Shown here: one piece after another, positions 1 through 12,900 of the stretch | Layout: every line of letters begins with the position of its first letter | Position numbering within the stretch: position 1 is the stretch's first letter | Translations under genes and position numbers: made by a program | Notes under the pieces: generated by a model | Databases searched by the model: none | What the model was told of the DNA's origin: nothing | The model's input: only the letters and a program-made list of their open reading frames with translations | NCBI GenBank assembly: GCA_964016885.1 | Contig: OZ024743.1 | Location: 364,746,001-364,810,000, forward strand | Direction of reading: 5' to 3' | Source: Eledone cirrhosa | Taxonomy: Eukaryota | DNA: 64,000 nucleotides

Positions 1-364
1 TCCCTCTCCTTCTTCGCACATATTTTCCCTTCGTTAATTTTCAAATTCTTTTAATTTATACATTATCTTCCAACGGTTTTCAACCTCTCTATGTAAAACA
101 ATATATCTTTCTCAGTTATAAAAACTATCTCTCTCTCTCTATCACCCATCTCTCCTCCTATCTCATCCTTCCTCATTATACTCATCCCTCTCCACCTTCA
201 CTCTCATCTCCTCCTCTTTTTTTCATCCTTTCCACCCCCACCCCCACCCCTCTAAATAAAATATTTTCCCAATATCACACATCAATCTAAAACTACTTCT
301 CATATGTTGATTTAAAACTGAACTATCCACAAGTGTTTTTTAGCCTTCATATCATGTCCTCCTG

Positions 365-431
365 TTTTATCTGATGAAAACACAAATATTATTGCATGAT
401 GATATTTGTTTTTGAAATGCGCATAATAAAA
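365..431 (+). ncRNA. Type I hammerhead ribozyme in a PLE pseudo-LTR remnant
   Basis: ttttat-CTGATGA-[stem II aaacacaaatatt...gatatttgtttt]-GAAA-tgcgca (palindromic stem III)-TA-ataaaa; second copy on the minus strand at 16535-16601. Confidence 0.85.
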
Positions 432-461
432 TACATGGAACTCCTTTAACCATCTTTTGTT

Positions 462-463
<2 letters not shown>

Positions 464-540
<77 letters not shown>

Positions 541-642
541 ATATATATATATATATATATATTGATATATATATATATATATATATCAATATATATATAT
601 ATATATATATATATTGATATATATATATATATATATATATAT

Positions 643-690
<48 letters not shown>

Positions 691-738
691 ATATATATAT
701 ATATATTGATATATATATATCAATATATATATATATAT

Positions 739-802
<64 letters not shown>

Positions 803-816
803 ATATATATATATAT

Positions 817-914
<98 letters not shown>

Positions 915-987
915 ATATATATATATTGATATATATATATATATATATATCAATATATATATATTGATATATATATATATATATATA
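464..987. repeat. (TA)n array interrupted by ATCAAT/ATTGAT
   Basis: Direct reading. Confidence 0.97.
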
Positions 988-2059
988 TTTAGGTTTGAGG
1001 TTACCACTGTATAGAGCTGGTCTATTCCGTATGGTCAATCGTAATGCAATAATATAGAGAGTACTCAACGTAAAACAGTTCAACCGTCTTTGTGTCTTTG
1101 TTTTTGTAGTTGGTGGTGTTATTACGAAGTTAAATATTATAATGAAATGACAGGAGGCTGGATTTGTGTAAATCCTTGAAAGGTTTATTATACTATGATC
1201 ATTTCAACGACCGGGTTCCGTATGAATCCGGTGATATCATCAGGTATTCGAAATATAATACGTGAATGTAATAGATAAAATCCATGGGGCTGAAAATCGA
1301 GGGCCCGAGGGCGACCGCTATTCTGTTCCTTCAACCTCAGCCGGTCGCCCTCGAGTGATGTGGCTAAAGTTTATAATATGCTACTACCGGTCAGATAAAC
1401 GAAAACAGAAAGGGATGGGAATATAAGTTAGCGTCAATCTCATGACACAAGGTAAAAGAAAGAAAGAAAGGAAGGAGAGAGAAGAAGGGGGAAGAAAGAA
1501 GAGAAGCCAGGGTTAATGTCAGCTAAAAGAAGAAATGCAACTATTATCGGTCAGATATAGGCAAGCAAGAGGGGGTAGGAAGATAAGTCTGCGGGAGGAA
1601 GACAGGAAGAGGGGAGAAGAGAAGGAAGAGAAGAGAGAAGTAGAAAAGTAAGGGTTGATGGCTACAAGAAGGAAGATAGAAAGAAAGAGGAAGAAAGGTC
1701 GATATTAATGTCAGACCACAGTCAGGCCAGGAGTGGCGCGAGAAAATGTTCAGGGACCCGCATCTTAGCAGAGGTGAATATATTGGGAGTCAGTGTGTTA
1801 CAATGTTTAGACTTCTAGGATGAAGTTAAAAAATTAATAATCAACATTCAATATTAAAGAGGTTAGAAAATTTAAAGTTCAACAGTTTAACATTTTCAGG
1901 TTGATATATCTAATAGTTCCGATTTGTTCTGTAATTTAAAGGTACTATGTGGCGGTTAAAACACCGGCCGCGCCCCGGGCCCCATGGCGAATTAAGCTAC
2001 GCCGAGTATTTTCATTTACCGAAAGAGGGGGAAATTTATTTTTCCAAGCACTCCACTAT

Positions 2060-2060
<1 letters not shown>
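988..2060 (-). mobile_element. Probable PLE 3' fragment (3' UTR and pseudo-LTR) flanked by (TA)n
   Basis: Carries an HHR at 1190-1247; purine-rich UTR; possible decayed LQNKSELL-type C-terminal peptide near 1900-1940; 1457-1533 is duplicated at about 2116-2197. Confidence 0.55.
1190..1247 (-). ncRNA. Type I hammerhead ribozyme
   Basis: Reverse complement: atac-CTGATGA-tatcaccggattcatacggaacccggtcgtt-GAAA-tgatca (palindrome)-TA-gtat. Confidence 0.8.
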
Positions 2061-2108
<48 letters not shown>

Positions 2109-2243
2109 AATAAAGAAAGAAAGAAAGAAAGGAAGGAGAGAGAAGAAGGGGGAAGAAAGAAGAGAAGCCAGGGTTAATGTCAGCTAAAAGAAGAAATTTA
2201 ATATACATACCAACACATACATATGCCGTCTTCAGAAATAATT

Positions 2244-2390
2244 ATTATTTCTGAAGACGGCATATGTATGTGTTGGTATGTATATTAAATTTGATAGTTT
2301 GTATCATTTTGTATAATTTTGTACGTAGATCTGTTGAATATGCATGCCAATTCTAACACATATATGTCCTAGAAACGATCGTTAAATAAT
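2244..2390 (+). ncRNA. Hammerhead ribozyme with a very long stem II
   Basis: attattt-CTGAAGA-cggcatatgtatgtgttgg...ctaacacatatatgtccta-GAAA-cgatcg (palindrome)-TT-aaataat; 7-bp stem I. Confidence 0.7.
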
Positions 2391-2595
2391 GAACTTTTTT
2401 TGTTTAATATAAGGAACTGTTTCATTGTTTTATTCATTATTTTTTTTATTTTTTAATATTTTATCTTGACTCTGTATTCCGTTTATCTTTCACCGAAAGT
2501 GATTTTTGAATGTATCACTTCTTTCCATGATATCCGGATTACATTGAGTTCTTCATACGGATTGGACACTACCGTAAACTCTTGGTAGATTTATC

Positions 2596-3133
<538 letters not shown>

Positions 3134-3207
3134 TTTCCATATAAAACAAGTAACATTTAGAGACCAACCAGATGTGAGAAAAACCACAGACCCTCCATCT
3201 CAACTCA

Positions 3208-3245
3208 CCTTTTGAAAAGCAGAAGAACTGCGAAACCGGTAAAGG
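3208..3245 (+). ncRNA. Minimal hammerhead ribozyme, U3-A8 core variant (5' pLTR)
   Basis: cctt-TTGAAAA-gcag aagaa ctgc-GAAA-ccgg-TA-aagg; all three stems form and the core is UUGANAA instead of CUGANGA. Confidence 0.8.
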
Positions 3246-3409
3246 AACCAAATAAATATATATTTTTTTAAAAAAATAAGACTTCAGTTGCATTTTCGAT
3301 TTCATCCCTTTTTCTTTATACTTCCACTCGTGTAGGACACCTCGGTTATTTTTCATTTTGTAAAAAAAACCTCACTTTCTAATATATACCCACCACACGA
3401 AGACCGAAA

Positions 3410-4612
3410 ATGCCACCAAAGTCTCAACAAAACAACAACTCACTGAACCAGGACATCTTAAATGAACTCAAAGAGATTTCCTCTAAACTCTCAATTTTGA
3501 CCAACAAAGTGGACCAAATACACATCTATAAAAAAGGGCCCCACGAAGAAACAGAAAATACCCAAGAGACGAATATTACTCCAGTATTAACTAAGCTAAT
3601 CGAAACCATTGAAACAACAATGCTCCAAAAGCTTGAACAACCGTTAGAACCCAATCTACGAGATGTCCACTCAGTGAAAAACACCCTAATCAACATATGG
3701 ACTCAAAAGCTCACAGCCCGCAAATTCGCCCTTTGGAATCTCCTAAAAAATAATGGCAAGGCAGACATATATGAAAAGTGGCTAAACTCTACCCCAATCA
3801 TCCTCCCCAAAAAACTCCAAATAAAACCCATCCCGAATGAACCAGAAAACCAACAAAGACTTAGGGAAAAGATGGCATTGGAAAAATTTAAAACAGAAAT
3901 AGAACTGTTGCGATTAAGAGCCAACTCCAACGAAGAAAAATTCAAGTCACTCGACCAACAGATGGACACAGAAATCTCAAAGCACTCTGAAGGCCTACTC
4001 TACAAAAAAACCCTAAAACTTTGGAAAGAAAACTGTGAGGATGAAGAACTCACATCCCTCCAGCGATGGGAAAAAAACGCCACCTGGTTCAACAACTACG
4101 AAATGGACTTCAAAAATGAACAACATACAGGTAACCCATTTTTAAAACAAACTAAAACTCACACACCACATGCACAACAAATAACAAAAAAAGTAACAAA
4201 ACGTCCAACATACCCCCAGCAAAACTATAACGATAATCCCAGAAACCATAGACAAAACTATAACCCTACTAACAAAAACCAAAGATCCCCGAACACAAGG
4301 CAGGACCTGATCCGCAGATCACAACCCACACAAAACCTATTCCAAAACCGTAGACCCCTGCCCACACAGAGCCTGTTCCAAAACCATAGATCCCAACCCA
4401 CACAAAGGAACCAAATCTACAACCCGGACTATCAACAAACCGAACCTCAATACGTCCGAAACTTCTATACAAGACCACACAACAACAGGGGAAATACCAT
4501 TAGATATAATAATACCAATGAAAAAACATTCCAGAAAAATCATTTTTTAGACCAAGGCTACAGGACTCACGACACCTGGTGGCACAAACCGATTTTGAAA
4601 AACCGAAAATAA
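3410..4612 (+). CDS. PLE ORF1, coiled-coil protein with a Q/N/R-rich low-complexity tail
   Basis: Intact 400-aa ORF starting at ATG about 20 nt after the 5' pLTR; heptad-like segments (LNELKEISSKLSILTNKV, MALEKFKTEIELLRLRA); three RSQPTQ-like 12-aa repeats. Confidence 0.85.
   Translation: MPPKSQQNNNSLNQDILNELKEISSKLSILTNKVDQIHIYKKGPHEETENTQETNITPVLTKLIETIETTMLQKLEQPLEPNLRDVHSVKNTLINIWTQKLTARKFALWNLLKNNGKADIYEKWLNSTPIILPKKLQIKPIPNEPENQQRLREKMALEKFKTEIELLRLRANSNEEKFKSLDQQMDTEISKHSEGLLYKKTLKLWKENCEDEELTSLQRWEKNATWFNNYEMDFKNEQHTGNPFLKQTKTHTPHAQQITKKVTKRPTYPQQNYNDNPRNHRQNYNPTNKNQRSPNTRQDLIRRSQPTQNLFQNRRPLPTQSLFQNHRSQPTQRNQIYNPDYQQTEPQYVRNFYTRPHNNRGNTIRYNNTNEKTFQKNHFLDQGYRTHDTWWHKPILKNRK
4543..4583 (+). 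promoter_or_regulatory. Candidate programmed -1 ribosomal frameshift signal
   Basis: T_TTT_TTA in ORF1 frame (4543-4549), 7-nt spacer, then hairpin GCTACAGG/CCTGGTGGC (4557-4583); the -1 frame is open into RT. Confidence 0.7.
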
Positions 4613-6848
4613 TTAACATTTCAAATACAAACCTCTCAGCCCAACAAGTAAAAATTCTCTCCAAAGGTCTGAAATTCACACCAACACCACAATATCCTAA
4701 CCCCAACGAGATAAATGACGATATCTCACACTTCTGTAGAAAATTACGTCTCACAGAGGAATTCTTTGACAAGGAGAATAACGACGAATCAATTGTACGG
4801 AATAAAAGCAGCTACAACCCAACAAAAGGTAGAAACAGAGTTCTGGACAAATTTTGTGACCACATAGCTACCTTCCCATACCATGAACTACCGCAACCTA
4901 AACCCAAACCCAACACAAGTCGAAGGGAATGGGAGATTATCCATGAACTAAAAAACAATCCGGACATTGTAATTAAGGAAGCGGACAAGGGAAGTACTGT
5001 TGTCATTATGGAGGCTGAAAAATATAAAAATTCTATGTTCTCTCTCTTACAAAATGCTAATTACTATGAAAGAGTAAAAAACTACCAGCAATCAAAAATA
5101 ATGACCAAATTAAACACACTGATTTATCGATACCAGGAAGACCTAACTAAAAAGGAACGCGATTATTTAACAAATTTTGAATACAAAACCAGCAACCTTT
5201 ACGGACTTCGAAGATCCACAAATGTAAAATAATCAACGATGCCTGTAAACAATCCACCTCAGCCTGCGTGAACACACAATACCCCACAGACCTTAAATTA
5301 AGACCAATTGTAGCGGGCCCACAATGTGAAACACACAGATTGAGCAACTTTATAGACATACTACTGAAACCAATACTGAAACACATACCAAGCCTTGTAA
5401 GAGAGGATCTGGACCTCTTAAACCACCTCCCCAAACATGTCAACAACGACACTATTATTGTGTCTTTCGATGTAGTGAATCTCTACACAACGATCCCACA
5501 CCAATACGGACTAGAAGCAATAGGATTCTGGCTAGAGAAATATCCCAATGAGATACCTGACAGAATAGAAAAAAGCTTCATCACCGAGGGATTAAAATTC
5601 ATCCTACAGAACAACTTTTTTGATTTCGATGGCAATACTTACAAGCAAATATCGGGGACTGCGATGGGCACAAAAGCCGCTCCAACTTTTGCCAACTTAG
5701 TCATGGCATACTTAGAAGTCCAGATATATGAACAGTCCAAATCAAAATACGGATTGAACTTCCACAAATATTTATCAGAGAATTGGAAACGCTACTTGGA
5801 TGATTGCCTCATTCTTTGGTCCCACACACTCGACCAACTGAAGGATTTCAAAAACTTAATAAACGGCATCAATAACCACATCCAATTCACAATGGAATAC
5901 AGCCAAGATCAACTCCCATTTCTGGACATCTTAATCACAAAAAAAGACACAAATATCGAAACTGACATACACTACAAACCAACAGATTCCAAACAATATC
6001 TGCTATTCACCTCCAACCATCCAAAGCACACGAAGACGAACATTCCTTTTAACCTAGCAAGAAGAATTTGCACAATTGTCTCCAATTATGAAACGCGAAA
6101 TAAAAGACTTCAAGAATTAAAGGAAATTCTACTTGAGAGAGAGTACCCACTATTACTAATAAATAATGGAATAGAAAGGGCTAAAGCAATAGGCATTGAT
6201 GAATTACGGAAACAGAAACAAATTCAAGGTACGTCCAATATTCTATCATATATCTCAACACACAACCCAAGAAATGCGGAAGCTTACAACACTATTCACA
6301 ATAACATCCCACTACTAAAACAAAACCCAAGAATGAAAAAAGCCCTTGAAACACACAAAATAATCAAAAGCAAAAGACAACCAAAATCACTGAAAACATT
6401 ACTCACCAATGCCAAATTACCTACCACAAACCCACAACCAAGTATCAAAAAATGTGGTCGCTCTAATTGTGGAACCTGCACTCACCTCATTGAAGGCAAC
6501 ACGTATACATTTAAATCAGGACAAAATTTTACTGTAAAAAATCACTTCACTTGCTCATCAAAAAATCTAATTTATGCCATTAAATGTGAAGGATGCAATG
6601 AAGATTATATAGGACAAACTAAACTCACACTCAGAAACAGAATGACAGTTCATCGCCAACAATTACGAGATCCAACCACGAGACAAATACCACTAAGTGC
6701 ACATCTAGACATTTGCGCAAGTAATAAGACACCCAAATTCCAAGTCTTCCCATTTTACCTTTGCGCTAACAATACAACAGAACAAATGCGAATAAATAAG
6801 GAAAATATGTTTATTCAAAAATATAGACCAACATTAAATAAGGTTTAA
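4543..6848 (+). CDS. PLE reverse transcriptase plus C-terminal GIY-YIG endonuclease (one 1-bp frameshift near 5209)
   Basis: Motifs ADKG, LYGL(P)KIHK split across frames, RPIV, SFDVVNLYT, GTAMG, RYLDD, FLD, YKPT, CGRSNCGTC, LIYAIKCEGCNEDYIGQT; joins track ORFs 4579-5232 and 5268-6848. Confidence 0.93.
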
Positions 6849-7337
6849 TATACATTATGTCAACACCACAATATGACATACACACACACACATAACACCT
6901 ACTTTAGAAAATAAAAACCCGAACTAAATAAACCTTAAACATACGTTTGCACTGGCAATACAACAGCAAACACGAAAAAGTCAGGAAAATATGTTCATTC
7001 AAAAATATTCCTACTAAAGGAATCATTTTCCTACACACACACATACACACACACAATATATATATATATATATATATTCTCTTCATCTTAACATGCTAAC
7101 CATACTCCCACACACATAACACCCATACACACACATAAAAAACCCCACACCTACAACACCCTCCCCATTTCTACTAATAGAATCACTTTCCTACACACAT
7201 ATATATATACACACACACAAAAAATATATATTCTCTCTATCTAACATACTCGCACACACACACATAACACCCATATACACACACACACAACTCCCTCCCC
7301 CATCTCTACTAATAGAATCATCTTCCAATACACACAT

Positions 7338-7368
<31 letters not shown>

Positions 7369-7892
7369 AGCACACAAATAAACACATATCTTCAGTCTCA
7401 ATAGAAAATCTGAACTCTGACACCTGAACTCTGACAGCTGGCCATATTCACTGAACCAGAACATTTCTCCCAATCCCTTTTCCCTTGACCACTATCTCTC
7501 CATCGTCATAACATTCACTATAGACTACAGAATAGTTTTCCAAATAAGGGCGCAAAAATGTAATGAAAACTTGTTCACGTGACAGCCAAATTTCATTTAT
7601 AACCAACCAAAAAAAAGCCTTCGTGAGCCTCATTTTTTCAAGTAAAAAGAAATTCAAACACTCATATATGAAAAAACAACCTGTGACAACCCCCCCCCCC
7701 CCCACCCCACCCTCTCTTATTTGAAGAACTATTGTAACGCGAACTGGCGCGAAATTTATTATAATTATTGACAAACCAATCAAATTACTTCTCGAAAAAC
7801 CTGGTTTTCGAGCCAGTTTTTCCATATAAAACAAGTAACATTTAGAGACCAACCAGATGTGAGAAAAACCACAGACCCTCCATCTCAACTCA

Positions 7893-7930
7893 CCTTTTGA
7901 AAAGCAGAAGAACTGCGAAACCGGTAAAGG
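7893..7930 (+). ncRNA. Minimal hammerhead ribozyme, U3-A8 core variant (3' pLTR)
   Basis: Identical to 3208-3245. Confidence 0.8.
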
Positions 7931-8060
7931 AACCAAATAAATATATATATTTTTAAAAAAATAAGACTTCAGTTGCATTTTCGATTTCATCCCTTTTTCT
8001 TTATACTTCCACTCGTGTAGGACACCTCGGTTATTTTTCATTTTGTAAAAAAAACCTCAC

Positions 8061-8120
<60 letters not shown>

Positions 8121-8122
<2 letters not shown>

Positions 8123-8711
8123 CTACTGGTAACATGTATTCCAGTACAACCTGTCCCATGGTCGGGTCGTTGGCGACTAAACTGGCAACCCCACCAAGGT
8201 TTCTTGGTGAGGAGGGTGACTTTGGACATCCTGCAGGACTAAAAACAAAACCTGTCAAAAGGCAAAGGAGCTCTTAAGAGTCAATGGCCATCCAAAATCA
8301 CCGGGAGAGATGACCCCTTAGCCTTTGTCAAGGCGGAATTCTAGGAGAAGGAAAACTCTGATATAACACCTGCAACCCTGATGGTATCCAATGATGTTGA
8401 CTTGTTCTTCTTTTTGGTAAATATCATCTTGGTTAAGAGAGTGGGACTGGCATTGTGCAGTGCCTTTGCTCACTATAAAAGCTTCACGGCACAGGCATTG
8501 CTTTGTATCTGGAGATCTCTCTGCATTTGTCGTCACATGGTACCATGGGCCCAGCACTATGTGTCAATAATTGTCACAAGTGTAGTGTTTGTACCAGAGC
8601 TTTCAAGTCGCTGGCTGGACTAAAAAGTCACACTCGTTCAGCGCATCAGTAGGGGTTCTCCTACATGGATATAAAGTAGTGGCCGTACTCGAAAACGAGT
8701 TGGCAGCCACC

Positions 8712-8713
<2 letters not shown>
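8121..8713 (-). mobile_element. ~590-bp non-coding interspersed repeat associated with (TACA)n/(TA)n (SINE-like or LINE-derived)
   Basis: Further copies at about 35943-36323 (-), 45590-45733, 46792-47198, 48433-48981 and 50690-50960 (+). Confidence 0.75.
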
Positions 8714-9496
<783 letters not shown>

Positions 9497-9630
9497 CGCA
9501 AAAGTTCTATTTAAAATTGTTGCGATACAACAAGTAAATATTTTATAACTGATATAAAGCACTCAACAAGTTTTTGGAGTAGATATACGATATTAAATAA
9601 ATGGAAACTATATTTATAAAACCATATTTA

Positions 9631-9691
9631 TTTCATTATACATATTTCAGGGATACCAAATTAAAATATGGTATACCTTCATCAGACAAAA
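9631..9691 (-). ncRNA. Type I hammerhead ribozyme in pLTR
   Basis: Reverse complement: ttttgt-CTGATGA-aggtatacca tattttaatt tggtatccct-GAAA-tatgta-TA-atgaaa; inverted copy at 13165-13225 (+). Confidence 0.8.
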
Positions 9692-11084
9692 TACAATATA
9701 TAAACAGTTTTATAAATAATTTTGACGTATCCTATTAGATGCGACCATTATTTTTGGAAGCTGTCTGGATAGTGAGATGTTTATAATTATTTTATTAGTT
9801 ATAGTGTTAAGCACAGTTAGAAAAAAGACGGAGAGAAAGAAAGAACGGAGAGAGAGAAGGAGAGAGAGAAAAGGAAGATATATATAAATAGATAGGAGGA
9901 AATGAAAAAGAAAGAAAAAAAGAAAGAAAGAAATAAGAAAGACAAAAGAAAGCAACAGAGAGATAATAATTCATCATACAGATAGAGAAACTCAAGAGAG
10001 AGGAAGTACTATATAGAGAGGGGAGGATACAGTGACAACCTTACGTCATGTCATATTAAGTTGAGTTAACAATTCATATGAAATGAATAATAAAAATGTA
10101 AATATGAATATTCATGAATGAGACATAGATATATAATATGAGAAAATAACATTGTTCAATAATGACCATATGTTTAGTTTAAATCCTTGAGGTCAATATA
10201 CCAAAATCTGAGTTAAAACCTTCAAAAATTACCCTATTTATAAAAATACGGATACACATATGTATATATATATACACGCATATGTACGTTCTGAAAAAAG
10301 AGAAAATTATGTCTACTCCAGTCAATAATATAGACATACAAATGATTTCACTTGATCACTTCTATACATTTCTTGTGTTATAAAAATTTCACAGTATATA
10401 TACATAAAAATACGATTAATATTCATGTCCTCATATATATGATTACCGTTCATGTATTTAATATTATGCATATCTGCACCACAGATCAACATATACACAC
10501 ACAACCATACATACACATATATGTATAAATAAATATCTGCGTGAGTTTTCCAGCATCGTTATGCACATATACAGATATAAACACATAAATAAACTCTATA
10601 AACCTTTCATATGCATGTTAATATACACAAATGGCCTTTGTATAGAGATAATCAAATATCAATATATTAATACAGAAATATCAAAGCATTAAATATCTTT
10701 AACACACTATAGAGTATCTCAAGTTAAAACAATATGTTTTATATATTTATTATAGAAATCTATCCTACCTATATCTCAAACAAGATATTGTAAGGGTAGA
10801 CATATGAAAGTTATTAGAAGCTATCAGAGTCAAAAAGCAAATAAAAAAACAAAAATAATTTAAAAGATTTAGAAGACCCAGTGACTCTACGGATACCCTT
10901 ATATTTAGTATAGAAATTTATCTTACGTAAATTTTATTTAATACATTGGGAGCATATACATTTTAGAGTAGTTTATTATATCCTTGTTTATATTTAGGAA
11001 GAAAGTTTAAAAAGAAAAAGGTGAAGGAATCTAATGATTTATCATCAGGTTTCATATATTAACTAAATTTCTTAATTAATTATA

Positions 11085-12900
11085 CTATCTATGTCTGCAG
11101 CAACTGAATAAATTGCTCCTTAAATTAAGGGAATTTTTGGACTTTAATATAAAGAATATTTCTTCTACACAAAGATCACAAGTCTCTGATGAGGAATTAA
11201 AAGGAATACCTTTTGAGGCAATATTCCAAATCATCGAATATTTAACATTATCTCGTTTAAGGTGCCAGAGTAGGCTAGATAGCGAAGTTGATGATTTTTT
11301 GTTTGGATCTGTGAAAGAATTCTTATGATTATTGAAGCGAAGTTTAAATTCTGTCGAGGTGGAACCAACATAGTTGAAAGAATTTAAATTAGTTTTAACA
11401 TTACAATTGTACACTACATTTTTAGCTAAGCAGTTGTTATTTAACGGACAGTTAGATTTATTTCTACAGTTAAAGTTATTTAATTGAATATTGTTTGGGT
11501 TATTATTGGTATTTTGGTTAGGTTTTAAATTCCTATTATTAATTCTGTTAATATTTTGTGCTAAATTTTTGGTGGACGAGTAAGTTAATTTTATAGTGTG
11601 TCTATTAAAAATTGAGTGATATTTATGTGTTCTAGGGAAGCATTTGTCAAGAGCATTAGAGAATAGTTTAGCAATATGGGTTTTAATATTTAGTGAGAAA
11701 GGAGGGGGGGGGGAAACCATAATATATTTCTAGTTCTATTTCTTTTTCGGCTTTTGGAATTATTGTAATGTTTTCTATTATAGTTGTTAAGGTTGTTACC
11801 GTAATTAAAATTGTTATTATTTTGGTTAGTTTGCTTAATATACTTAATTTTATCTCTATATCCTGCTCTAGCTAACGCTTCATTGTAATACTGCGCTTTT
11901 TCATCAAAAATATTTTTATTAGATGAAATTCTTGAAATTCGTTCTTGAACAGAGTTCACTATAGTATTTTTAACAGATCTGGGGTGATTAGAGTTAAAAT
12001 TGACATAATTCAAGTTCTCATTTAGTTTGTGAAATGGATAGTGAAGACATGTGTTGAGATTTAGTGTTACATCTAGAAAATTGACTATTCTATGGTTATT
12101 CTCTATTTCTATTTTTAGATTAAAGTAATTAAAAAATTGTATAATTTGTTTTCTTTTTCTATTTAGTTCACAGCTATTATTTTCAATAAGTAAAAGCATG
12201 TCATCACGATATAATCCTCCGGTTACACCTGGTATTTTTCTATGTAGCGAATTAATTATAAATAGGCCCACAAGGTCCGTTACCTGAGCTGAGTCAGATG
12301 ATCCCATAGTTATGTCGAAATTATTATCTCTATCTGCCCTAGTCCATAGTTGGTTATTAAATTCTATCAATGTTTTCCTTGCCGATAAAATAATGTGCAT
12401 TTCATTGCTAGTTAGGTCGGTATGTTTAAATGCGTAATTTAGTGCCTTATTCAGTAGATTAGGAGTGATAGATGAATAGTAGTTAGCAATATCAAGCTGA
12501 ATAAACTTATTATTATAGTTATAATTAATTTCTTTAAACCACTCAATAAACTCACCAGTCCCCTTCCATAACTTTAAGTAAGGTAAATTATGTAAGTTTT
12601 AAATTTGCTGTATTACACTGTCTAGAATGTTTTTGCTAAGTTTTCCCAGGTCAGATTTTGATGGTGCAATCAATCTGACTGGCAAATCATTTTCAAAATT
12701 TCTTTTGTGATCTTTCATATTGATCTTGGGTTTCCTAGGCATGAAGGGTTGTGTTTTATTCTCAATGTCTAATTCATGCATTATACAAGATGCCTCTGTA
12801 TTCATTTTTTCCAGTTCGTCCTTATTTGCTACCTTGTACTTTTTCCTTAGTTCTTTCAATATAAGGCCGTTATACATGTCCTTTTGTACTCCATAAAGGT
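11085..12900 (-). pseudogene. PLE RT plus GIY-YIG endonuclease, disrupted
   Basis: PVRLIAPSKS, FIQLDIANYYSSI, DITMGS, GLYRDD, NFLDVT, SNHP, VVYNCNV...YVGST, CDLC, CCRHR; in-frame TAA at 12599-12601 and a frameshift in the G-run near 11710. Confidence 0.9.

Noticed and set aside
1960-2005. GC-rich patch resembling an HDV-like ribozyme
   Set aside because: I could not build the nested double pseudoknot by eye.
5200-5270. Second programmed frameshift in pol
   Set aside because: No slippery heptamer; adding one C restores the conserved LPKIHK motif, so it is a mutation or a sequencing error.
7448-8041. 197-aa antisense ORF across the 3' pLTR (similar ORFs at 2982-3356)
   Set aside because: Antisense reading of the repeated pLTR and UTR; no protein motifs, and it is truncated differently in each copy.
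11085-12900. Selenocysteine or stop-codon readthrough in PLE ORFs (as in some Naiad elements)
   Set aside because: The interruptions here and at 52806-54200 are TAA/TAG stops and frameshifts, not UGA at Cys positions; the endonuclease is C-terminal; no SECIS was recognised.
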